From: an uncultured Candidatus Peribacteria bacterium
GTDB taxonomy: Bacteria > Patescibacteriota > Gracilibacteria > Peribacterales > Peribacteraceae
NCBI GenBank assembly: GCA_964632395.1
Contig: CAZWES010000001.1
Coordinates: 25,287 to 89,286, forward strand
DNA length: 64,000 nt
Direction of reading: 5' to 3'
Shown here in pieces: positions 26,020 to 34,309 of the stretch (its first letter is position 1; each line of letters starts with the position of its first letter). The notes beneath the pieces are model-generated. The model saw only the letters and a program-made list of their open reading frames with translations. It did not search any database and was not told the DNA's origin. The position numbers were made by a program, and so were the translations under genes.

Positions 26020-27344
26020 CTGAGTGCCACCACTTCCACAGGACTCGCATGTACAAGGTATCTCTGTTTGATACTATCCGGCGGCCAGCAGGTATACAAA
26101 ATAAGCTCCTCGCCGGTTCCATCATCATTAAACGGCGAGACATCTTTGGCATCAATCACCTGTTTCCTCGTCACCTCATAAACATGAAGCTTGCCCTCGT
26201 GGGTTATATAAACGCGTTCGCCAACCACCATCTTATTAATCTGACGGAAGATGCGCGTGTAATCGGAAATATCCCACGGGTAACTTGAGCTGTGCCCATA
26301 GATCATCGCTTTACCGGTGTTCCCGGGGTACGCAAACAGGTGACCGAGTCCTTTCTTCAATGGCGCAAGTATTCCTTCCTTACTGAACGGATCATCCGGA
26401 TGAACGATAGTCACATCCATCAAATTCAAACTTGGAATTGTAATTGCAAATTGTTTGCGTGATGCATACTCGTGCATTATCACAGGTTTTGCCGGAGGGC
26501 CGAAGGTTGTTGTTGGAGGGGGGAGGTTTAGGACGAAAGGATCTTGTGGGTTGAATGGGAGGGGGGTGATGTTTAGTGGAATTTGTTCGGAATCCGGGAT
26601 CCGGAATCCGGGATCCGGAATTTGGGAGTACCCGGATTCCGAATTCCGGTTTCCGGATTCCGTATTCGCAGCAATAAAAGTAGGATCATCCTTATATGCA
26701 TATTCTCCTTCCGATTCAATTGAGTGAAGTCTGTGGAGGATAGAGAAGAACTTGCCGCGGGTTATCGGATGTCCGAGTGTCAGCTTGTCATTCGGTGAAA
26801 TCAAATTCCGATCAATTGCCCAACTGACTGAGTCCGTGAACCATGTGCTTGGGATGTTTTGCAAATTTGCTGAAGTTTTGAATGCAATTGAGTTATCACC
26901 TGATGATTTTTTGAATGAGCGCTTAAGCATTACAAGTGCCTGTTCCGTAGTCAGTGGATCTGATGGATGAAGTGTTCCGTCACCGGCTCCGGAAATTACT
27001 CCCTCCAAAAATCCAACCTCAACATACGGCGCATACCACGCTGCTTGATCGGCGTCTTCAAACAATGCCATATCCGGAAGATTGGCTGTAAACCAAACAA
27101 CCTGCGGCGCGTATCGTTCCTGCATTCTAAGGACCGAGACAAGCCCCTCAACGCGCGAGAGATGTGCATTCGGTCGTGCTGTTCCATCTGAAAATCCTTT
27201 AACAACATTCTTGCTCTGAAGATACGCAAGTGTCTTCGCATAGTGCGAGTTTGAGGGTACATCCGTGAAGCCGACAGCCTGCACCGTTGCCACATTCAAT
27301 GCGACAACAAGAGCCAAAAGCCTCCAAATGGAGCGGTTTACCAT
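26016..27344 (-). CDS. SLH-repeat protein fused to a sortase-family transpeptidase domain
   Basis: Signal peptide MVNRSIWRLLALVVALNVATVQA followed by three SLH-like repeats. The C-terminus has GHSSSYPW...LILYTCWPP...RYLV, the sortase His / TxxTC-like Cys / Arg pattern. Confidence 0.75.
   Translation of the reverse strand: MVNRSIWRLLALVVALNVATVQAVGFTDVPSNSHYAKTLAYLQSKNVVKGFSDGTARPNAHLSRVEGLVSVLRMQERYAPQVVWFTANLPDMALFEDADQAAWYAPYVEVGFLEGVISGAGDGTLHPSDPLTTEQALVMLKRSFKKSSGDNSIAFKTSANLQNIPSTWFTDSVSWAIDRNLISPNDKLTLGHPITRGKFFSILHRLHSIESEGEYAYKDDPTFIAANTESGNRNSESGYSQIPDPGFRIPDSEQIPLNITPLPFNPQDPFVLNLPPPTTTFGPPAKPVIMHEYASRKQFAITIPSLNLMDVTIVHPDDPFSKEGILAPLKKGLGHLFAYPGNTGKAMIYGHSSSYPWDISDYTRIFRQINKMVVGERVYITHEGKLHVYEVTRKQVIDAKDVSPFNDDGTGEELILYTCWPPDSIKQRYLVHASPVEVVALR
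26588..26662. repeat. Imperfect palindrome H3 inside the SLH-sortase CDS (CCGGAAT/CCGGGAT units)
   Basis: CGGAATCCGGGATCCGGAATCCGGGATCCGGAATTTGGG AGTA CCCGGATTCCGAATTCCGGTTTCCGGATTCCG. On the minus strand it is translated in frame as ...ESGNRNSESGYSQIPDPGFRIPDSE... within the interdomain linker. Confidence 0.85.
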
Positions 27345-27402
27345 AGGGGGAGTATTTTCTGTGATTTGAGGAAAAATGTCAAGGTGTATGATACCTGCCC
27401 GT

Positions 27403-28491
27403 ATGGCCTTACAAATCGGAATCGTCGGCCTCCCGAATGTAGGAAAGTCTACATTGTTCAATGCCTTGATAAGGTCAAGATCCGCGGAAGCACAAAACTA
27501 TCCCTTCTGCACAATTGACCCAAATGTCGGTGTGGTGGAAGTTCCGGATGAGCGCCTGCACCGCATTGCAGAGATTGTGAAGCCAGAGAAGGTAGTTCCG
27601 GCCACAGTTGAGTTTGTTGATATTGCAGGACTTGTTGCAGGAGCGCATAAAGGTGAAGGACTTGGGAATAAATTCCTGAGTCACATCCGTGAGTGTGATG
27701 CCATTTGTGAAGTCGTAAGATATTTTGAAGACTCAAACGTCAGTCACGTCGTTGGATCAGTTGATCCAAAACGCGATGCGGAGACGATTGAGGCGGAGTT
27801 GATACTTGCTGATCTCCAAAGTCTTGAAAAGAGGAAGGTGAAATATGGAAACGCGGCGAAGACGGGTGATAGGGAAGCGAAGGATCGGATGTCTGTGATC
27901 GAGCCATTGATCAGCGTATTGAATGAGGGAAAGAGGGCATCATCAGTAGAAATTCCGGAAGAGGGTCAGGTGCTTTTAAAAGAGATGCAACTTTTGACGA
28001 TGAAGCCGCTTTTGTATGCAGTGAATGTTTCGGAGGATCAATTGAAATCGGTTTCTGCGGATGAGATTAAAAAATCATTTGGAGTTGATCACGGAGTTTT
28101 GGTTGTTTGTGCAAAAGTTGAGGAGGATTTAATGGATCTTTCTACAGAAGAAGCTCGTGAGTATCTGGAAGGACTCGGTGTCACATCGTCAGGTCTCGAT
28201 AAATTGGCACATGCTGCATACGACTTGCTTGGTTTGCAGACATTTTTCACAGCCGGCCCCAAAGAAGCGCATGCGTGGACCATCCGAAAAGGTGTAACTG
28301 CTCCGGAGGCTGCAGGCGCCGTCCACACCGATTTCCAAAAGGGCTTCATCCGTGCGGAGACCATAAGCTACTCAGATTTCATCGAGTACGGCGGAGAGCA
28401 GGGGGCGAGGGATGCGGGGAAAATGCGAAGTGAAGGCAAAGAATATGTGGTGCATGATGGGGATGTGATGTTGTTCCGTTTCAACGTATGA
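27403..28491 (+). CDS. ychF: Ribosome-binding ATPase YchF
   Basis: [22 protein letters not shown] is the P-loop. The C-terminal TGS-like end ...[14 protein letters not shown] is present. Confidence 0.9.
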   Translation: MALQIGIVGLPNVGKSTLFNALIRSRSAEAQNYPFCTIDPNVGVVEVPDERLHRIAEIVKPEKVVPATVEFVDIAGLVAGAHKGEGLGNKFLSHIRECDAICEVVRYFEDSNVSHVVGSVDPKRDAETIEAELILADLQSLEKRKVKYGNAAKTGDREAKDRMSVIEPLISVLNEGKRASSVEIPEEGQVLLKEMQLLTMKPLLYAVNVSEDQLKSVSADEIKKSFGVDHGVLVVCAKVEEDLMDLSTEEAREYLEGLGVTSSGLDKLAHAAYDLLGLQTFFTAGPKEAHAWTIRKGVTAPEAAGAVHTDFQKGFIRAETISYSDFIEYGGEQGARDAGKMRSEGKEYVVHDGDVMLFRFNV

Positions 28492-28766
28492 CCTTCACTC
28501 CCCGCCAGGAACCCTTCACGTGCGAGAACTGCAACCATCAAGTGGAGCCACTTGAGCACGGCACCTGCCGCAGCCATTGTCCAAAGTGCTTGTGGAGCAA
28601 GCATGTTGATAATGATCCGGGTGATCGGGCATCAACTTGCTATGGGATGATGGAGCCTGTAGGGATTGATAAGGATGGGAAAAAAGGATTTATGATCGTC
28701 CATCTCTGCGAAAAATGTGGCATTAAGAAGCGTAATAAAGCAGCTCCAGATGATAATCTTGTGTGA
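28488..28766 (+). CDS. RNHCP-domain zinc-ribbon protein
   Basis: [50 protein letters not shown] matches the RNHCP family pattern. Confidence 0.7.
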   Translation: MTFTPRQEPFTCENCNHQVEPLEHGTCRSHCPKCLWSKHVDNDPGDRASTCYGMMEPVGIDKDGKKGFMIVHLCEKCGIKKRNKAAPDDNLV

Positions 28767-28809
28767 CGGTGGTCAGAGAAAATTTTCTGCGATTAACTTT
28801 GTGCAACCA

Positions 28810-29262
28810 TCATCCGTGATCAGTAGCTTTCATGATCAACGCTTCCTGCAACGACTGATTAAGCTGCACTTTTTCTGTCACATTCCCTTCGGGCATCTCA
28901 ACATTCATAGAAATTGTCGGATGACCTTCCTCTGCTTGCTCCACTTGCAGGTCGAAGCGCCCCTCGCCGAAGGCTTGTTGTAGTTGCCCCCATTGCTTTG
29001 AGTCGTAACTTCCAAAGTCCTGCACCACGTCTTTTAAATCCTCTTCCTGAAACTTCTCCTTAAGTTCTTCTTCTTCCATCTCGATGTAAAAAAGCACTTC
29101 GGCTGCAACGTCACTCAACTTTGAGCGTTCTTTTGCGTCTTTAACTCCTTCCTTAACTTTCTCACGCGATTCGGCGTACTCCTCCGCGGAGCGCTCGCGG
29201 TCTTCTTTTGCCTTTTCCCGCACCATGGAGGGCAGGAGATCGAGGTTTTGCCAGAAGGGCAT
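28810..29262 (-). CDS. Hypothetical acidic protein
   Basis: ORF co-oriented with purE, with a 2-nt gap. Confidence 0.45.
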   Translation of the reverse strand: MPFWQNLDLLPSMVREKAKEDRERSAEEYAESREKVKEGVKDAKERSKLSDVAAEVLFYIEMEEEELKEKFQEEDLKDVVQDFGSYDSKQWGQLQQAFGEGRFDLQVEQAEEGHPTISMNVEMPEGNVTEKVQLNQSLQEALIMKATDHG

Positions 29263-29264
29263 GA

Positions 29265-29714
29265 TTAGTACTTATCCTTAACCCCCTTTATCCGCTCTGC
29301 GACTTTTTTCTGCAACCCCTCATCACCCTCTGCCAAAATCTTAATTGCTGCAAGTGCTGCGTTCTTTGGATTCACCACTGTCATCACTGGAACTTCGCTT
29401 GGCATTTGGAGGGTTGAGTGGATGTTTATCAAATAGTCGCCTTCATCATGAAATACAGGACAAGCAATTACGGGGTGCACAGATGACGCGGCAACAACTC
29501 CGGAGAGTCCGTTGGAAAGTCCTACACAGGTGATGATAACCGTCGGTTCATCCGATTTGTTCAGCTCCTCAATTTTCTCAACAACCTTCTCTGGCACTTT
29601 GTGCGCGGAGGCAACAGTAACATCGGCCTCCAGGTCAAATTCCTTAAGCACGCCCTGGATTTTCTCGGCGTAGGGCTGATCGGAGTCGGAGGCGAGGAAA
29701 AGTGATATCTTCAT
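29265..29714 (-). CDS. purE: PurE-family AIR carboxylase / N5-CAIR mutase
   Basis: ASDSDQPYAEKIQGVLKEFDLEADVTVASAHKVPEKV follows the SDSD...SAH+.P pattern. Confidence 0.8.
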   Translation of the reverse strand: MKISLFLASDSDQPYAEKIQGVLKEFDLEADVTVASAHKVPEKVVEKIEELNKSDEPTVIITCVGLSNGLSGVVAASSVHPVIACPVFHDEGDYLINIHSTLQMPSEVPVMTVVNPKNAALAAIKILAEGDEGLQKKVAERIKGVKDKY

Positions 29715-29740
29715 GGTGGGTAGATCATAGCATTTGTCGG

Positions 29741-29901
29741 CAAATTGCTAAATGGTTAAATTGCTAAATTGTTCGCAAGAGCGATCCTTGGCTGCTTTGC
29801 GGGCATTGGGGTTGGTAGGCTGATAGAGCGATCATTAACTCGCTCTGCCCGCCCGATGGTCGGACGGGCGAACAATTTAACAGTTTAGCAATTTAACCAA
29901 T
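29741..29901. repeat. Long imperfect palindrome H4 in the purE/purC divergent intergenic region
   Basis: Outer arms CAAATTGCTAAATGGTTAAATTGCTAAATTGTTCGC and GCGAACAATTTAACAGTTTAGCAATTTAACCAAT. The interior contains AGAGCGATC twice and the stem GCCCGCCCGA TGG TCGGACGGGC. Confidence 0.85.
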
Positions 29902-29917
29902 CTGATATAGTAGACAC

Positions 29918-30910
29918 ATGATCCCAACTACCTCCATCCAACCCTTCCTCAATAACACTGTCGATGCGACCGACTTCAAAGATCTTGGCGAGCGCTACCA
30001 GGGCAAAGTGCGCGATGTATACAAAAAGGATGATCGCGTAATCCTAATCTCCACGGATCGCCAGTCGGCATTTGATTATGATTGGTGCAGTATTCCGCTC
30101 AAAGGCCAGGCGCTTAATCAATTGAGTGCGTGGTGGTTTGAGAAAGTAAAGGACGTTATGCCCACGCATGTGATTGCCGTGCCGGATCCAAACATCACAG
30201 TTGCAAAGAGGTTAGAGATGGTGAAAGTAGAAGTGGTTGTGCGTGCATATCTAACGGGATCTACTTCCACGTCCGCATGGGTCAATTACAAGGACGGTGT
30301 GAGAAACTTCTGCGGAAACGAATTGCCGGATGGTATGGTCAAGAACCAATCCTTCGCCTCCGTCCTGGATGATGACATCATCTTCACTCCATCTACTAAG
30401 CCCGAGACCGGCCACGATGTTTCAGCAAGTTCTGAGGAGCTAATCGAAATGGGAGTAACAACGCCTGAAGAGATAGAAAAGCTCAAGGAATATGCGTTTG
30501 CACTCTTCCGTCGTGGGCAGCAAGTGGCAGCGGAGCATGGCCTAATCCTCGTCGATACCAAGTACGAGATGGGTTATGACAGTGACGGAGTTTTGACTGT
30601 TGGCGACGAAGTACACACTCCGGATTCATCCAGGTATTGGGTTGCAGAGTCCTACCAGGAGCGATTTGAGCGCGGAGAGGAACCTGAATATTTGGATAAA
30701 GAATTCTTCCGCTTGTGGCTACGTGAACAGGGCTTCGAGTACGACAAGCCAAAGCCAGAAGTCACAGATGATGCAAGGGTCATGTTAGCCCAGCGTTATG
30801 TGGATTTGTATGAGAGGATGACGGGGGAGGGGTTTAAGATAGAGGAGGGGAATGTGATTGAGAGGATGGAGAGGAATTTGGAGGGGTATAGAGTGGGAGT
30901 AAGCGTATAA
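29918..30910 (+). CDS. purC: SAICAR synthase
   Basis: YQGKVRDVYKKDDRVILISTDRQSAFD...LILVDTKYEMG is typical of PurC. Confidence 0.85.
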   Translation: MIPTTSIQPFLNNTVDATDFKDLGERYQGKVRDVYKKDDRVILISTDRQSAFDYDWCSIPLKGQALNQLSAWWFEKVKDVMPTHVIAVPDPNITVAKRLEMVKVEVVVRAYLTGSTSTSAWVNYKDGVRNFCGNELPDGMVKNQSFASVLDDDIIFTPSTKPETGHDVSASSEELIEMGVTTPEEIEKLKEYAFALFRRGQQVAAEHGLILVDTKYEMGYDSDGVLTVGDEVHTPDSSRYWVAESYQERFERGEEPEYLDKEFFRLWLREQGFEYDKPKPEVTDDARVMLAQRYVDLYERMTGEGFKIEEGNVIERMERNLEGYRVGVSV

Positions 30911-30916
30911 AAGTTA

Positions 30917-31344
30917 CTCTTCTCGAGCGGTCCACTTCTCATCTGATAGAGCGGTTGATAGAAAAATGAGCTGCAAAGCGGGTAGTCGAGAGACTTATCA
31001 GTGCTATCATTTTCACCCTATGTCTACAGGTCCATTTTATCTATACATCATAGAGTGTAGTAATGGTAAGTATTACACGGGCACAACTTCCAACATTGAA
31101 AAACGTTGGAAAGAACACTGTGAAGGAGGAGGGTGCAAATATACCCGTCGATATCCTCCAAAGAAGCTAGTTTTTGTTAAAGAATTTCAAAGTATTATGC
31201 AAGCACGAGAGAAAGAGCATCAGGTAAAGGATTGGAGCCAGAAAAAGAAAAGGAAGCTGATTTCTGGTGAGTGGGAGTAAGTCTCTCGACTCCCCCCCGA
31301 CTCGCCATGCTTCGCATGGCTCGCTCGGGGTCGCTCGAGAAGAG
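30917..31344. mobile_element. GIY-YIG gene bracketed by inverted copies of the X-Y repeat
   Basis: Left flank: Y' CTCTTCTCGAGCG 30917-30929 and X' AGTCGAGAGAC 30984-30994. Right flank: X GTCTCTCGACTC 31281-31292, hairpin GCCATGC TTC GCATGGC, and Y CGCTCGAGAAGAG 31332-31344. Confidence 0.55.
31020..31280 (+). CDS. GIY-YIG nuclease family protein (UPF0213/YhbQ-like)
   Basis: FYLYIIECSNGKYYTGTTSNIEKRWKEHCEGGGCKYTRRYPPKKLVFVKEF...REKEHQVKDWSQKKK. Confidence 0.8.
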   Translation: MSTGPFYLYIIECSNGKYYTGTTSNIEKRWKEHCEGGGCKYTRRYPPKKLVFVKEFQSIMQAREKEHQVKDWSQKKKRKLISGEWE

Positions 31345-31377
31345 TAGCGTTTTGTGCTATAATGCAGGGAATTCCTA

Positions 31378-32364
31378 ATGCCCACAAACTCTCACTTTAA
31401 GGCGGAATATGATGCGGATGGGAATATTGTCCTGACGAGTGTTGGGGGCGGTGGGGGTGTGGAGGAGTGTGTCATGCTGAACGGAGGGCTGGCCGCTCGT
31501 GCTTCGTCTCCGCCCTCCGCTTCGCTCCGGGCTCCGCTCAGCATGACACGGCCAGTCCGTAGCCGAAGCATGCTTAGCCGCTTTGCGAACCCCCTCCGCT
31601 TCGCCGGCACCTTCGCAGGAGTATTCCTCTTGCTCTTCATAACTCTAAACTTTTCAAGTTACTTTCAGGTTTTCAAGGCAAAGCTGTTGCCGGATGCAGG
31701 GCAGGAAGATCGCCAGGCGCTCCACCTCATAACAAATCCAATTGAAAGGAATAAGTTGCTTGCAGTGCCGCATCTCCCACGTGCAGGAGTGGAGGATGCG
31801 TTGCCTATTGCGCCTTCCGTTGCCCCTCCGGATGATCGCCTGATAATCCCAAAGCTTGGCAAAAATATTCCGGTTGTAGCAGCTTCCGATGCTGCGCTTA
31901 ATCGCGGAGACTGGAAAATGTTCGAATCAGACATTCAAAACGCGTTGCTCTTCGGCGTTGTGCATTACCCTGGAACCGCGGAGCCCGGTCAGGTTGGAAA
32001 CGTCTTCATAACAGGCCACAGCAGTAACTATCCGTGGATAAGGAGCAGATACAATGCCGTGTTTGCTTTGCTTCCTCAATTACAGGTCGGGGATGAGTAC
32101 TCTTTGTTTTTTGAAGGAGAATTGCACAGGTATCGCATCACGGGTCGGAAGGAAGTCTCCCCGCGGGATGTAACAGTTTTGGATCAGCCACATAACAGAT
32201 ACATGAGTACGCTGATGACCTGTACTCCGGTTGGGACGACTTTGAAGAGGTTGATTTTGGAGGCGGATGAAGTGGATCCGGAAACGGGGGAATTGCTTGC
32301 GGTGGGCGGGATCGATGAGGTTGTGACGGGAATTGAGGATTGGGGGGAGGAGTTGCCGATGTAG
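31378..32364 (+). CDS. Sortase-family transpeptidase, membrane anchored
   Basis: TM helix FAGTFAGVFLLLFITLNF; VFITGHSSNYPW...STLMTCTPVGTTLKRLIL. The start is uncertain (alternative ATG at 31570) because the 5' region is GC-rich repeat sequence. Confidence 0.7.
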   Translation: MPTNSHFKAEYDADGNIVLTSVGGGGGVEECVMLNGGLAARASSPPSASLRAPLSMTRPVRSRSMLSRFANPLRFAGTFAGVFLLLFITLNFSSYFQVFKAKLLPDAGQEDRQALHLITNPIERNKLLAVPHLPRAGVEDALPIAPSVAPPDDRLIIPKLGKNIPVVAASDAALNRGDWKMFESDIQNALLFGVVHYPGTAEPGQVGNVFITGHSSNYPWIRSRYNAVFALLPQLQVGDEYSLFFEGELHRYRITGRKEVSPRDVTVLDQPHNRYMSTLMTCTPVGTTLKRLILEADEVDPETGELLAVGGIDEVVTGIEDWGEELPM

Positions 32365-32496
32365 GCTATTGCATTATATCTCTTAGTATGAGAGAATGGT
32401 GGTACAAATGACCTCAGGCGATGCTCGACGGAGCGTTGGTTACCCCGGGGTCCCCGAGGCACGAGGAAAGCCGGATGGGTGTCGTCCACGAGGCGG

Positions 32497-32682
32497 CTAC
32501 CTAATTTCCTCCTGCCGGAAGAACAGCCTTTGGCTCTTGCGGATCAGTTTCTTGAAGGTTGCAGAGTCCACCTCGCCAATTTTTCGCTTAAGCCGTTTGC
32601 TATCAACCAACCGAACCTGCGACAGAATTGCAGTTATTTCTCTATCATCAAATGTGAAGTTGAGGCAACTAAACCTGAGCAA
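32497..32682 (-). pseudogene. C-terminal remnant of a MazF/PemK/EndoA-type toxin
   Basis: REITAILSQVRLVDSKRLKRKIGEVDSATFKKLIRK parallels the [IL]L.Q[IV]R..D..RL..KI pattern of the EndoA/MazF C-terminal half. A TAA stop lies immediately upstream and the N-terminal half is absent. Confidence 0.5.
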
Positions 32683-34258
32683 TTATCCTCTGAAACACTT
32701 CTGATCCCTTCTGATGTCCGAGAACGTCAACTAACTCAGAAAGCAGGTATCTAATTACATCACTTCTATCGCCTTTGCTTGGTGCAAGAGCTTCGGCATC
32801 CCATACCTTCCTGAGAAGTTCGACATACTCCTTGTACTCTTGTGGACCTTCTTGAGCTAAGCCATATGCTTCTATCTGTCTTCGTACATCCTGCTTCACG
32901 AAGTTGTACATCATGTCTCGTCTTTCGTTGAGATACTGTTCCTCGGAAGCTGTCACAACTTGTTCATTTGGTTTCGGTTTTAGTGGGGGGTTCGGTTTCA
33001 TCAATTGGTTTCCAGCGATAAGTGCTGCAATTCCTGCAGCAGTACCTGCGATAAAATCCAATGCGCGCCTCCACTTTTTTGGTTCCTTTCTCGCAAGTTG
33101 CACAATTTCTTCTTCCACAAGTTGAGCAATTTCTTCTTTTTCAAACCCCAAAACCTTTGAAACCCCTTCTGCTATAAGTTCTTTGCTAATGCCCTTGAAT
33201 TCACTGTTAAACGGACTATCGAAATCTGCTTCAGCAAAGGTCTTCCCCTCAGCATCTCTATCTTTCATTGGGCATATTTCCGAAACACCCATGCCGTCGA
33301 AGTCGCAGTACTTCTCAATAAAGTTGAAAAGATCATGCATGTGGTATTTAGATAGTCCACGACCTATTTCTACTCCACTCTCATCAAATTTCTTTTCATT
33401 ACCCATTACTGAAGCTGGCATATCTTGTGTGTCAACAGCGTCCGCATCCAGCTCGCACCACATTCTCCCTCCTACCTCTTTCACTCTATCATGCACTTCT
33501 TTTATAGCTTCTTTTGCTTTTGGTGGAATCACACTTCTGCTGTTTGCATTTATCTCTTGTGATGTGAAACACCTTACACCTTTTTCTTTTAGTTTTTGGA
33601 AGCAATGCGCTTCAGTTCCTTCATCGTAATGCACTTTACCATCTTCATCGACCGTCTTTGTTTCATGTCCATCCATCTGATCCTCTCTTGGTCCGATATA
33701 TATGATGTTGTTGGGATCAACAAAAGGACATTCTTCCAATAATGCCAGAAGATCTTTTGCTCCCCGTCCCTGCAATACCGCTGACACCATTCCATGGATG
33801 TTTCCTGTTTCAGTTGTGTCAGGTGTATTAAAATCCAAATGCTGATCAATCCAAATCAACCCAAAAGGAATCCCTAGTTCATGGCATGCTTTCATTGCAC
33901 CGATGACATCTAAAGCTCGAACATGATTACCACCAAGCGAAAGAACTTTGTGTCCTGCCTTAAAGGCTTTATAAACACGATTAATTCCTTCAGGTGAATG
34001 TTTTACGATTCTATTGAGGTACTTAGCCTTCGGATTTTGTGGTGCTTTTGTAGTGTCCATTTTGATTACATCTAGTTCCTCAATCTCAAATCTAGTTTGG
34101 TCTATCCTGTCACGAATCGCTGGCATAACATATTCGCCACCTTCGTGAGATTCATAAATTCCCCCTTTATCGTCTAGGGCAAAATTTGAGACTACCAGCT
34201 TTCGCTTCGGCTTTTCTGTATTGCCGCCAGAAGGCACATCATTTTGTGATGTTGACAT
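32669..34258 (-). CDS. Arginase/agmatinase-fold (ureohydrolase) protein with C-terminal TM helix and extra helical domain
   Basis: LGGNHV, WIDQHLD and CELDADAVD correspond to the GGDHS / DAHxD / SxDxDxxD motifs, and all six Mn ligands (H; D,H,D; D,D) are retained. TM helix ALDFIAGTAAGIAALIAGNQL. 529 aa. Confidence 0.7.
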   Translation of the reverse strand: MSTSQNDVPSGGNTEKPKRKLVVSNFALDDKGGIYESHEGGEYVMPAIRDRIDQTRFEIEELDVIKMDTTKAPQNPKAKYLNRIVKHSPEGINRVYKAFKAGHKVLSLGGNHVRALDVIGAMKACHELGIPFGLIWIDQHLDFNTPDTTETGNIHGMVSAVLQGRGAKDLLALLEECPFVDPNNIIYIGPREDQMDGHETKTVDEDGKVHYDEGTEAHCFQKLKEKGVRCFTSQEINANSRSVIPPKAKEAIKEVHDRVKEVGGRMWCELDADAVDTQDMPASVMGNEKKFDESGVEIGRGLSKYHMHDLFNFIEKYCDFDGMGVSEICPMKDRDAEGKTFAEADFDSPFNSEFKGISKELIAEGVSKVLGFEKEEIAQLVEEEIVQLARKEPKKWRRALDFIAGTAAGIAALIAGNQLMKPNPPLKPKPNEQVVTASEEQYLNERRDMMYNFVKQDVRRQIEAYGLAQEGPQEYKEYVELLRKVWDAEALAPSKGDRSDVIRYLLSELVDVLGHQKGSEVFQRIIAQV

Positions 34259-34309
34259 ATCAGCATATTATAGCTTTTTTCTAAACTTGTGTCTATTTTC
34301 TGAGGCAAT

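Noticed and set aside
32365-32496. GC-rich segment (GGTTACCCCGGGGTCCCCGAGGCACGAGG...) as a structured RNA or an antitoxin for the MazF remnant.
   Set aside because: There is no clear extended helix, no ORF, and no match to an RNA family I can recall. It was left unannotated.
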